Source: a virus (lineage: Duplodnaviria > Caudoviricetes). Taken from it: a stretch of DNA of 30,171 bases. The position numbers and the translations under genes were made by a program. This document shows positions 17,586 through 26,288 of this stretch, piece by piece. The stretch's first letter is position 1, and each line of letters begins with the position of its first letter. Location of the stretch: the IMG/VR virus record IMGVR_UViG_3300012665_000565, positions 1 to 30,171 of that record. One strand, written 5' to 3'. Below the pieces are notes generated by a model. It was not told the DNA's origin. It saw nothing but the letters and a program-made list of their open reading frames with translations, and ran no database searches.

Positions 17586-20017
17586 TATCTTCTCCCTGGC
17601 ACGCCTTTAGCGCCTTGTTGACTAACTGCGTAGATGAAACTTGGATCAGAAGCCACTAAGTCTTTGAAACTACGAGCATCAACTGCATTTATATTATAGG
17701 TAACATAACTAGGACCCATACCTAGTTGCTCATTCGGTGTAACAACTCTACCCGAGGCGCCTGAGATTAATTCAGGACCGCGTTCACCGACTAGCACAGG
17801 AGCATTAGTAGGAATAATACCACCATTGGCAAATCCTAGTAGATTACCAATGCTACCCATTAAACCACCTGACCCGCCACTATTACCAGCATTACCAATT
17901 TGGAATATTTGTGCAATCATTGAACGCACCTGACTGCGTAGTAATTCTTCAAGGATGCTGTTCATAAATGATTTAAATTCAAATTTGCCTGTCTTGGCAA
18001 AATTTACAATTAAATCTTCCATAGCACCTGTGGTTTTAGCAAATATACGTTCGGCAGCCTTGGCAGCATTAGTAGCATCGTCAATATAACTTTGAAATGC
18101 GTTCTTCCATCCTGTGGAGAATTGACGTCCTTGATTATAAAGTTCAGAAGTCTTTTGTTTTAATTCATCTGTGCCACGACGTGCTTCTTCGTAATAACGT
18201 TTTTCTTCATCAGTAGTCATTGCCGCAAGTTTTAAACTTCTTCGGCGACTATTTTCAGCATCTACGGCAGATTTAGCAGAGTCTCTGGCTGCGATGTCAA
18301 TATCATAATATTTCTTTTCTAAATCAGTCATTGTCATTTTAGCCATATCATCTTGAATCTTCTGTAAATTCTTTGTGCTGTCAATTTGATTTTTAATAGA
18401 AAATTCAGACAATGCCAATCTTTGTTTTTCTGCTTCGGCTAATATAAAGTTAGCATTGGTTAATTCTCTAACCTTTTCTATTTGTTCAGAATAAGCACCA
18501 CTAACCTTCTGAATGGCTTCTTGTATTAGAGGTAATGCGGCTTGATCCTCTTTGTTCTTGCTTTCGCTTTTTTTGCGATATTCATCAACTAACTTAGTAA
18601 TTTCTTGTATATAATTACTTTCTAATTCTGATAATGCTTGTTTTACATTTTTTTGTTGCTCACCTAAACCAATTAATGATTGTTCTAATTCTAATCTCTT
18701 AACCTGCTCAGCATTTTGTCTTTGATAATTAATAACAATCTGTTCCATTTCCTGACGTGCTTTAAGCATTTTAACAGGATCCAAAAATGCTGGTGCAGGT
18801 GCCCCGGCTGTGGTATCTAATTGTCCTTTAAATTTTCCTAACTCTTTGCGATAGTTTTCTAATTCTACTCTAGATTCGCTATTTGAATCACCTAAACCTT
18901 TGAACCAATCAAAAAGTTTATCTAAACCAAGAAACGTTCCTACGGCAGCACCAATGGTAACTAATCCGCCTGCTAATTTTAAGATTGGTCCTAATATAAA
19001 TTGTGCCAAAGATCCGATGGCAGCAAATCCGCCACCTAATGCTTCTAAAGTTTTTCCAAAATTTAAAGCAATATCTTTTATTAAACCAAATCTAGTCCAT
19101 AAAGTAGTCAATGCTGTAGCAAAAAATGCCACAGTTTCTGATACCCAAATAATAATACGTCCAACTACTGTAAAGGCTAGTATTGCACCAGCAACTTTAA
19201 TAAATGTAGATAGTGGACCAATTATGGCATCAATGTTTTGACTTAATTTATAAATCTGGAATCCAAGATATTCGATAGCAAGAGCAAAATTCTGTCCTGT
19301 ATTACTCTTAGATTCTATTTCATTAAAGGCTAATGCTGTGGCTGTTTTTAAATCATTAAATGCTTGTCCAATAGTTGGTATTGTTTTAGCAAAATCTTGT
19401 TCAATACTATCACGTGCGGCTCTCATTGCCTTGATAAAATCTTGGCTGGTAATTTGTCCTTCACTACCCATCTTCTTAAGAGCACCAATGGGCACACCTA
19501 ATTGATCCGCTAGAGCCTTAGCCACAGGCGGTAACCCTTCTAAGATTGAACGTAATTCATCGCCCTGGAACACACCAGACTGTAATGCTTGTCCTAATTG
19601 TAGCAATGGCCCTGCTGATTCTTTAGCACTTAGTCCCGACGCCGACATTGCTTTGGCTAGACTTTCTGTAATTACACCTGCTTCTGCTTGGCTAATGCCT
19701 AATTCTTTGGCAGAACGTGCAATACGGAAATATAAATCACCTGTAGCACCAATATCTGTTCTTGCTGAAATCGCAATAGCAGCCAATGCTTTAAATTGCA
19801 CATTGGCTTGTTCCTGACTGTCGCTTAACAGCATTAATCTATTCTTAAGACTAGTTATTTCATCACTAAATTTAGCAATAGCACCAACAGAAATACCGGC
19901 AACGGTTAATCTAAATGCATTAGTTAAACTTCCCAAAGCATTGTTTAGATTACTAATAGAACGTATAGCACCTGCGGTGTCGACGCCAACATTAAAATTT
20001 AAATCACCAGCAGCCAT
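17585..20017 (-). CDS. Tail tape measure protein
   Basis: N-terminal tape-measure domain (QLGQALQSGVFQGDELRSILE), long helical body, C-terminal 'FANGG...LVGERGPEL'. Confidence 0.93.
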   Translation of the reverse strand: MAAGDLNFNVGVDTAGAIRSISNLNNALGSLTNAFRLTVAGISVGAIAKFSDEITSLKNRLMLLSDSQEQANVQFKALAAIAISARTDIGATGDLYFRIARSAKELGISQAEAGVITESLAKAMSASGLSAKESAGPLLQLGQALQSGVFQGDELRSILEGLPPVAKALADQLGVPIGALKKMGSEGQITSQDFIKAMRAARDSIEQDFAKTIPTIGQAFNDLKTATALAFNEIESKSNTGQNFALAIEYLGFQIYKLSQNIDAIIGPLSTFIKVAGAILAFTVVGRIIIWVSETVAFFATALTTLWTRFGLIKDIALNFGKTLEALGGGFAAIGSLAQFILGPILKLAGGLVTIGAAVGTFLGLDKLFDWFKGLGDSNSESRVELENYRKELGKFKGQLDTTAGAPAPAFLDPVKMLKARQEMEQIVINYQRQNAEQVKRLELEQSLIGLGEQQKNVKQALSELESNYIQEITKLVDEYRKKSESKNKEDQAALPLIQEAIQKVSGAYSEQIEKVRELTNANFILAEAEKQRLALSEFSIKNQIDSTKNLQKIQDDMAKMTMTDLEKKYYDIDIAARDSAKSAVDAENSRRRSLKLAAMTTDEEKRYYEEARRGTDELKQKTSELYNQGRQFSTGWKNAFQSYIDDATNAAKAAERIFAKTTGAMEDLIVNFAKTGKFEFKSFMNSILEELLRSQVRSMIAQIFQIGNAGNSGGSGGLMGSIGNLLGFANGGIIPTNAPVLVGERGPELISGASGRVVTPNEQLGMGPSYVTYNINAVDARSFKDLVASDPSFIYAVSQQGAKGVPGRR

Positions 20018-20018
20018 A

Positions 20019-20315
20019 TTATCGCTTCCTTAATATTAATTGTAATTTTCTACGCAACCACTCTCTTAGAGGGCGAGTCATACCTCTTGGTGCTTGTTTT
20101 GAATATCCTTCATCTAATCTCTTAGCATAGGGATAATTGGCTCTAATTACACTATTGCTATATAGAGTGGTTTTGTTTCGAGCATTTCCTTTATCCTTAG
20201 GAGTCAATTGAATCATTTGTTGATGTGCTTGAGGGGGGATAGATTTTAGTTCTCTTTGCACAGCCACTAGAGTAGATGTTATCAAATCTCTAGTTACATC
20301 AACTTTTATTTTCAT
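20019..20315 (-). CDS. HK97 gp10-like tail completion protein
   Basis: TPKDKGNAR...YPYAKRLDEGYSKQAPRGM motif. Confidence 0.7.
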   Translation of the reverse strand: MKIKVDVTRDLITSTLVAVQRELKSIPPQAHQQMIQLTPKDKGNARNKTTLYSNSVIRANYPYAKRLDEGYSKQAPRGMTRPLREWLRRKLQLILRKR

Positions 20316-20593
20316 TTCCTTTCTCTCGCTCGCTTTATCATATCTAACATTTCTTGCTGAGTTAGATTCCGCGGCTTTGGTGCTTGACTTTGCCTTCCTG
20401 AATCTGCTTCAGCATCTTCTTGTTGTTTGTGTTGCCACATAATGCCTGTGTTGGCAACAAGAAGATCGAATGTTGATGCTGTAGCGAGGATTTCACTGGG
20501 TAATTTATGATATCTAGTGCAGATGTTGTCAATGGTAATCAACAGTTTGATATCGATGTCTTCCCAATTAATTTCCTCGCGGATTAGTTTCCC
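20312..20593 (-). CDS. Tail assembly chaperone GT extension (-1 frameshift product)
   Basis: The -1 frame is open from slippery G GGA AAC (20593-20587) into ORF 20312..20542. Confidence 0.8.
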   Translation of the reverse strand, partial: GKLIREEINWEDIDIKLLITIDNICTRYHKLPSEILATASTFDLLVANTGIMWQHKQQEDAEADSGRQSQAPKPRNLTQQEMLDMIKRARERK

Positions 20594-20880
20594 AACTTTT
20601 CTACAATTTTACCGATACATTTAATGAGAACCTGAGTGGGAACCATATTCTCATCTGTAATTAAGGCTTTACCGTTTTCGTCAAGAATTAAATCTTTGAC
20701 AACACCTACCATCTGACTCATATCTTTTTCTTGTGCCGATGCAATCTTTAGAAATACATCTATTGGTTGGCGATCCCAAGTATGGAATTCAATGGGTTCA
20801 CCAAATTCTTTAATGGTGGCTTCATCGTCAACACTTAGGGTAATGAGTTTGGGTTTTGCGGTTAGTTCTGAAAGTTTCAT
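20584..20880 (-). CDS. Tail assembly chaperone G
   Basis: Lies between major tail and tape measure; ends in a slippery heptamer. Confidence 0.8.
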   Translation of the reverse strand: MKLSELTAKPKLITLSVDDEATIKEFGEPIEFHTWDRQPIDVFLKIASAQEKDMSQMVGVVKDLILDENGKALITDENMVPTQVLIKCIGKIVEKLGN

Positions 20881-20883
20881 CTG

Positions 20884-21057
20884 TTAATCTCCTTGTCTGT
20901 CAATCAGTTCATTGGCAAGTAAAATAATAAATTTTATTCTACTTTGCGCTTTATCTATATCACCACGAGCACACTTTATTTCATTAGTGGCTTTAGCAAT
21001 TTCTGCTAATAAACTATCTAGCAATTCTTTGTCATTTTTGTTATCTATGACATCCAT
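20884..21057 (-). CDS. Small coiled-coil hypothetical protein (57 aa)
   Basis: GGAG 9 nt before the ATG at 21057 (alternative start 21072); CTAAATA motif upstream at 21075-21081. Confidence 0.65.
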   Translation of the reverse strand: MDVIDNKNDKELLDSLLAEIAKATNEIKCARGDIDKAQSRIKFIILLANELIDRQGD

Positions 21058-21089
21058 AAATCTTATCTCCATAATATTTAGTTAAGGCT

Positions 21090-21119
21090 AAAAGAAAAGG
21101 GCTTATTACGGCCCTTTTC
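21090..21119 (-). terminator. Rho-independent terminator after the major tail gene
   Basis: GAAAAGGGC-cgtaataa-GCCCTTTTC followed by TTTT. Confidence 0.85.
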
Positions 21120-21151
21120 AGTTCCACTAAGTGGATTCGCTCCCAGGTATA

Positions 21152-21643
21152 TTAGGTCGCTGCTACGGTGTATTCACCTGATACGGTAATAGTAATTGGT
21201 GAAACCCATACTGGACTATCAGCACTAACGGTTGGTGCTAAACCAGTAATATAGCCAACACCTTTGATGAAAGTGTCGCTAGTAGAGTTTTCAACACGAA
21301 TAATAAAATTAATCAATGTCTTGTTGCGGCTGCAACCCATTAGTCCTTGTTCTGCAATAGTGCCAGTGATGCTGGCACCTAAACTTGTTCCAAAGAAACT
21401 TGCTTGATCCACAACTAGATTCATAGAAACAGAGTTTGTAGATGTAGTAGCAACTTGCTTTTTAGCAGTAGAATCTAATTGACTCCAAGTAAAAACGTCG
21501 TTAGCCGCGTTGATAGTAATGTCTTGCAATGCAGGAACTGATAGGGCACCTACTCCTTGTGTGATGTCATCAGTTCCTGACGCTACATCAAGGGTTAGTG
21601 TCACCTGATTTGCTGTCCCTGGTGCTGGGTTAATATATGCCAT
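21152..21643 (-). CDS. Major tail tube protein
   Basis: Synteny, size, C-terminal 'G.GYITGL.PTVS.D....SPITITVSG' pattern, followed by a terminator. Confidence 0.85.
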   Translation of the reverse strand: MAYINPAPGTANQVTLTLDVASGTDDITQGVGALSVPALQDITINAANDVFTWSQLDSTAKKQVATTSTNSVSMNLVVDQASFFGTSLGASITGTIAEQGLMGCSRNKTLINFIIRVENSTSDTFIKGVGYITGLAPTVSADSPVWVSPITITVSGEYTVAAT

Positions 21644-21655
21644 TTGGCAATCTCC

Positions 21656-22048
21656 TTATGTTAGTTTAATATATCGTAATTCTATTTCTGTAACGAGTTT
21701 GTCTGCTTCATAGGTTGTATTGACATCTACTTCACGACGGCTGAAGCCATCATTAGTTTGAATATCTTTGGCAGCCTTAACAATAGTGACAATCTCATCA
21801 TAGTTAGAAGGTAACTGCTTCGCGTCATTAGCGAAATAGAGTCTGACTCTAGTAGTTTCATTTGTTAGATTTAATCCACTAAAAGTTGTGATAACAGGTT
21901 CCATTACAAATTCATCTACATCTACATAAATCTTTTTAAGATTTTTAAGATATAAATTTTCTCCGGTTTCGTTCCAAGGCAATTCTGTAGCAGTAACAAA
22001 ACTACCTAGGTTTTGGTTTTGGAGATAATCAATAACGTCCTGTCTCAT
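21656..22048 (-). CDS. Tail terminator/connector protein
   Basis: 130 aa immediately before the major tail gene; synteny only. Confidence 0.55.
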   Translation of the reverse strand: MRQDVIDYLQNQNLGSFVTATELPWNETGENLYLKNLKKIYVDVDEFVMEPVITTFSGLNLTNETTRVRLYFANDAKQLPSNYDEIVTIVKAAKDIQTNDGFSRREVDVNTTYEADKLVTEIELRYIKLT

Positions 22049-22554
22049 CGCACTCTCTTAAGATTATATTGTCCTGGTTGTTTTTCATTAGACTCAATAG
22101 TTGCGTCATCATCAAAATCATACCAGTCACCAGCGGTAATCAACTCACCAAAGAGTTCATCGGCTCGCTGTGTGTAGTAACCCATCTTTTGTCTTTCTGC
22201 TGAATCTTCTTTGGAAAAATCAGCAATGCTTGGCAGAATAAAATCCGACAAGGCTGTGTAGACACATAGATCCGTAAAATCGTTTTGTCTTGCAATAATA
22301 CGATTTGGATCTAAGGCAGGCACATCTGCCACTGTGGTAAAGGTGATAGCATTACTACGTCTAATATAATAACTCTTCCACCAATCACTAGAGCGTAACT
22401 TGGTTAAGATACGCTCTGTGGCTCTAACAAGGCTTGCATCAACAATAGTGTCAGAAAGGCCCTCATTGGCTTCAAATAGACGTTGATCCTTATTCACAAC
22501 ATCCTGAAACTCTGCGAAACTTACTACGATGCTTGCTTCTTCAATGAAAGCCAT
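22045..22554 (-). CDS. Head-tail adaptor protein
   Basis: Helical 169-aa protein directly after the capsid gene; synteny. Confidence 0.6.
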   Translation of the reverse strand: MAFIEEASIVVSFAEFQDVVNKDQRLFEANEGLSDTIVDASLVRATERILTKLRSSDWWKSYYIRRSNAITFTTVADVPALDPNRIIARQNDFTDLCVYTALSDFILPSIADFSKEDSAERQKMGYYTQRADELFGELITAGDWYDFDDDATIESNEKQPGQYNLKRVR

Positions 22555-22568
22555 TTCTATCTCCTAAA

Positions 22569-23423
22569 TTAGGCTGGATCGACTAATGAACTGTCAGAAG
22601 TGATCTTAACACCATATGTGTCGTATAATTCTCCAACACCATAGTGTGCAGAAGCAACGATATCATCACCTAAGAATGAAGCACGTCTTTGTGTTTCGAT
22701 AGAGATATCACCAACTAAAGCAAGACCCAATGCATCACGGTGGAACACAGCACCAACGTAGTCACCTGCTGTGCCAGTGTCAGCAATGTTTGCTGATTCA
22801 AATACTGGAACACCAAATAACATACCAACATAACCTTGGCTCATTGCTTCGTTTTGAATGATACCAGCGTTAGGGTTTGCAAATGTGTTAGTTAAGTCTT
22901 TCTTCAAATCATAGGCAACATATGGGTGAACAACTGCTGCCAATGCATCGCCTGGAACAGCGTTAGCACGTAGACGTGCTACTGCTTGAGCAACAACGGC
23001 TGCAGACAATGCTGTAGAAGCACCACCAACACCTGTTGAGAAGCCAGAGAATAGAGCCAATAAATCTTGGTCAATTTTCTTAGCAATTGCTTCACCGAAT
23101 AAACGGCCCATATCAGCAACAACATTAGAGGCTGCAGAAGTGCGAGCCAAGTCTGTTAATAGTGTGCGGATAGCAACTGTAGAAACAGTTAATGTAACAC
23201 CGTCAGTTGACACTGCTGTGTTAGATACTTCATCACCTTCAGTAACAGCGGCTGCTGACTGAACTGGATAACGAGGAACGGTAATTGTCTTACCTTGTCC
23301 TGCAGGGATAGCATAATTTTTAACGAGTCCGCGCATAATAGAACGCTCGTTAGCAACGAACATTGCTTCTGCTGTAATTGCAGGTAGCAAGTCATTTAGA
23401 GTAGTAGTGGTAGAACCAGCCAT
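22569..23423 (-). CDS. Major capsid protein (HK97 fold)
   Basis: 'GKTITVP...A..VTEG...G..IA.KIDQDLL...VVHP...DL...G.VG.LFGVPVFES...VFHRDALG...IETQR...YGV' pattern. Confidence 0.92.
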   Translation of the reverse strand: MAGSTTTTLNDLLPAITAEAMFVANERSIMRGLVKNYAIPAGQGKTITVPRYPVQSAAAVTEGDEVSNTAVSTDGVTLTVSTVAIRTLLTDLARTSAASNVVADMGRLFGEAIAKKIDQDLLALFSGFSTGVGGASTALSAAVVAQAVARLRANAVPGDALAAVVHPYVAYDLKKDLTNTFANPNAGIIQNEAMSQGYVGMLFGVPVFESANIADTGTAGDYVGAVFHRDALGLALVGDISIETQRRASFLGDDIVASAHYGVGELYDTYGVKITSDSSLVDPA

Positions 23424-23446
23424 AATAAATTTTCCTTTTGTTTAAG

Positions 23447-24136
23447 TTATGCAAGACCCGATGTCTTGCGGTATTCTTTATATAAAGCACGGTGTTCAGG
23501 ATTTGACATATCTAATTTAGAGATATCAACTTTCTTAGACTGTGCTTTATCTACTATATTGCTTTTGGTTTGTGTTGTAGCAGGATTGGCTAACTTAAAG
23601 TGAGGATTTGTGTCTAAGAATTCTTTGACTAAATCATCTACGCCTATGGGTTCACCTTTGTCTGAATAACGAACTGAGCCCTTGCTATCTACTACTTCAA
23701 CTTCACCGCTTTCACCAAGTCGAATATTAGACGATAATAGTGCCTTTACTTGATCTGCATTCACAGCATTATATTTTGCTGCCGCAGATATTAAAGGTGT
23801 ATTAATCTTATATTCTTTGATGACAGCATCTCGTTTAGAGATTTCAGCATCTTTTTTAGCGGCTAATTCTTGTAGGGTTTTTTCAAATTCACCACGTTTC
23901 ATCTGTTCTTGTTGACGCTTTTGTTCGGCTTCAAGTTTAAGTTGACGTAGTTCTTCTGGATCGCCCAGTTCCTCATAGGGTTTAAGAAGTTTAGACTTTA
24001 AGGATGTTTTCATCCTTGCCATCATATCATCCACTTCCTTTTGAGAATATGTCTTAGTCGCTTGTGCCTGATTTTCAGCGTCTGTGGTGCTTGCGGCATC
24101 AGTTGCCATATCTTGAACCAATGTATTGTCTGACAT
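23447..24136 (-). CDS. Capsid scaffolding protein
   Basis: 'KTYSQKEVD' and 'GEFEK' motifs, coiled coil; SD AAGGAGG; upstream of the capsid gene. Confidence 0.85.
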   Translation of the reverse strand: MSDNTLVQDMATDAASTTDAENQAQATKTYSQKEVDDMMARMKTSLKSKLLKPYEELGDPEELRQLKLEAEQKRQQEQMKRGEFEKTLQELAAKKDAEISKRDAVIKEYKINTPLISAAAKYNAVNADQVKALLSSNIRLGESGEVEVVDSKGSVRYSDKGEPIGVDDLVKEFLDTNPHFKLANPATTQTKSNIVDKAQSKKVDISKLDMSNPEHRALYKEYRKTSGLA

Positions 24137-24170
24137 TGTGCATCGCCTCCTTTAGAGTGTTTAATAGTTT

Positions 24171-24206
24171 TATTTATTAAACTCTGGAGTATATGGTGTA
24201 TTTATT
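24171..24206 (-). promoter_or_regulatory. Two AATAAATA late-promoter-like motifs before the scaffold/capsid operon
   Basis: TAAATA cores at 24204-24199 and 24176-24171. Confidence 0.6.
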
Positions 24207-24213
24207 GGTTATG

Positions 24214-24366
24214 TTAACGCTTTTTCTTGGGTTTAATCTTTCCCTGGCTGATTTTGATAGCAACCATTTGTTTAACGGCCTGAGCCTTGGTAGGATAGAC
24301 TTTACCGCTGTTACCATATTGCCAACCTTTACCGCCCTTAGGTCCATTGGCTTTATGTATTGGCAT
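24214..24366 (-). CDS. Small basic protein (50 aa, not in ORF track)
   Basis: MPIHKANGPKGGKGWQYGNSGKVYPTKAQAVKQMVAIKISQGKIKPKKKR; ATG 1 nt after the upstream stop; fills the gap. Confidence 0.75.
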   Translation of the reverse strand: MPIHKANGPKGGKGWQYGNSGKVYPTKAQAVKQMVAIKISQGKIKPKKKR

Positions 24367-24367
24367 A

Positions 24368-24748
24368 TTAGTATTTGCCTTTGCCTGGCTTAACTGGTTT
24401 TTTCTTTTTCTTGTATGCTTTCATTTTACGCTCCTCTGGTGTTTTGTATGTTGGATGAATCCAGTCTGTGGTATTGTTAGTAATATAATCATTTAGATTT
24501 TCAGCAAACTTCATTAGTCTAAGTAAATCTATTTCACTTCGGGCCATATTGTTTTCTATCTTGCCCAACATTGAATTACAGCCTCTGTGTAGAACTCTTC
24601 TTATAACTCCGGATCTATGATCGTGGTCCAATACTGCTTTGCCGTCTTCAATGATATCCTTGCACAGAGCACAACGATATTCTTGTTGTTCCAGCAAATA
24701 ATTTCTTACTGCTGGTATTTCCGAATATTTTAACTTTGTGGTTCCCAT
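24368..24748 (-). CDS. Recombination endonuclease VII-like (T4 gp49 family) nuclease
   Basis: Q..RCALC...VLDHDH.SG.IR.VLH..CN..LGKIE. Confidence 0.85.
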   Translation of the reverse strand: MGTTKLKYSEIPAVRNYLLEQQEYRCALCKDIIEDGKAVLDHDHRSGVIRRVLHRGCNSMLGKIENNMARSEIDLLRLMKFAENLNDYITNNTTDWIHPTYKTPEERKMKAYKKKKKPVKPGKGKY

Positions 24749-26277
24749 TTAGCACACCAGAATAGAGGACGAACGTTAGCATCAAACTTAATACAATATC
24801 CTTCAGTTGATTTATAATATTCACAGTTCTGGCACCATTGATCCTGGGTCCCGCTTTCTTCAGCGGGCATATATGCAGGTGGTAATGATTGAGGAATAGC
24901 CTCACCATCTGCGTAGGTTCTATCCGGAATAGGATTAATATCTTGATAGGCTAGTAGTTCTTTTTCTTCACCCATCCACTCTAGAATATGCTCATCAATT
25001 TTGCGGATTACAATAGGATCTGTGGCAGTATTCTTGGCAGTTTGTAGTTGTGTAATTTCACCAGACTTGTCTCGAATGTTAAAACTATTTGGATATTCAA
25101 TTTTACCCATCCACTGACTGCCTTGATATTGAAAAAATAGTTCCCACATTTGCTCTTCGGCAAGTTCAAGATTATCAGCCTTTTCAGAGAGGCGGGCATT
25201 TAGTAATTGGAATTCTGTCTCCATCGCTACACCACTCATTGAAATACTTTGGGTTGCTCTAACAGCCCCAATGTTTGCCATTTTATCAATGGCTTCAATT
25301 GTGTGTTTTATTGCTGAATAGATACTCTCAACACTAGCGCCGCCAAACTCTAATAGATATGGTTTCAAGCCTGGATCTAAGTTCTCCGGCATATGAATCA
25401 TTGAACCAGCACCAATGCCTGCCTGCGTTTCAGGTGTCTTAACAAGACTTGGATGGCTGTCTAATCTAATACTTTGTTCAACTTCACTAGTAGCATTGTA
25501 TATAAACTTCTGTGCATCAGCAATGTCAGCAATATCACTGACACCAAAGCCACGTATAATGCTTCTACCATTGTAAACACAGACAGCAGGGATTTTACCT
25601 AATTGATTAATTTCTATAATTTCTTCTGTGATAATATCTTTGCTGGTGTCAAGAGTAGTTGTTCTGATTTCACTAGAAGTCCACTCTTTTAATGTTCTTA
25701 AATCGCCTGTAACATCTTCAACATAACGAATATAATCTAATTCTACTTTTCCATTGGCTTTACGACGATAACTCCAGTCTAATACTACCATAGGAGTTAG
25801 ATAGGAAACATATGGACGAATACCTGATGCTTGTTCTTCTGCTAGAGTTACAGCGCCAATATTTGGCTTGGTAACTATAATCCAGCAATGTCCAAACACC
25901 GAAGCCCAGGTTGAGACTTCCTTGAAAAACATATTGAGACTGCGTCCATCCATATCAGCATCACGCAGGAACATTTCAAGTTCAAAACTCACACCATTGT
26001 TGGTAAAATCTCTATCGGGTCCTTCACGGAATAGAAAACTATTGTAAACTGATATTACGCTCTGGCAGTGATTTTCTAAAGGTGTTGTTCTAAGTCTGGC
26101 AGCATATTCAGCGTCGGTTTCAAGTTGATAACGATGCAGATGTCCTGCTTGTCGATATTCTTCGCCACCGATGTATGATTCTAGCAGATATTGCCATTGA
26201 TCATAATAATTTTGATAAAGCGAATTACCTGTTAATAATCTCTTAAGTTCGTCTGACAGGGTTTCAATGACATTCAT
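24730..26277 (-). CDS. Portal protein with a C-terminal Cys4 (HiPIP-like) extension
   Basis: Follows terL; 'E....Y..RL...DAD.DG...FGH..I.V...N.LG.IP...SG.A' portal pattern. Confidence 0.9.
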   Translation of the reverse strand: MNVIETLSDELKRLLTGNSLYQNYYDQWQYLLESYIGGEEYRQAGHLHRYQLETDAEYAARLRTTPLENHCQSVISVYNSFLFREGPDRDFTNNGVSFELEMFLRDADMDGRSLNMFFKEVSTWASVFGHCWIIVTKPNIGAVTLAEEQASGIRPYVSYLTPMVVLDWSYRRKANGKVELDYIRYVEDVTGDLRTLKEWTSSEIRTTTLDTSKDIITEEIIEINQLGKIPAVCVYNGRSIIRGFGVSDIADIADAQKFIYNATSEVEQSIRLDSHPSLVKTPETQAGIGAGSMIHMPENLDPGLKPYLLEFGGASVESIYSAIKHTIEAIDKMANIGAVRATQSISMSGVAMETEFQLLNARLSEKADNLELAEEQMWELFFQYQGSQWMGKIEYPNSFNIRDKSGEITQLQTAKNTATDPIVIRKIDEHILEWMGEEKELLAYQDINPIPDRTYADGEAIPQSLPPAYMPAEESGTQDQWCQNCEYYKSTEGYCIKFDANVRPLFWCAKWEPQS

Positions 26278-26288
26278 TTAATGTATCC

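Noticed and set aside
24648-24908. 86-aa alternative-frame ORF over the portal end as a frameshift product
   Set aside because: No slippery site was seen, and the main frame carries the coherent Cys motif.
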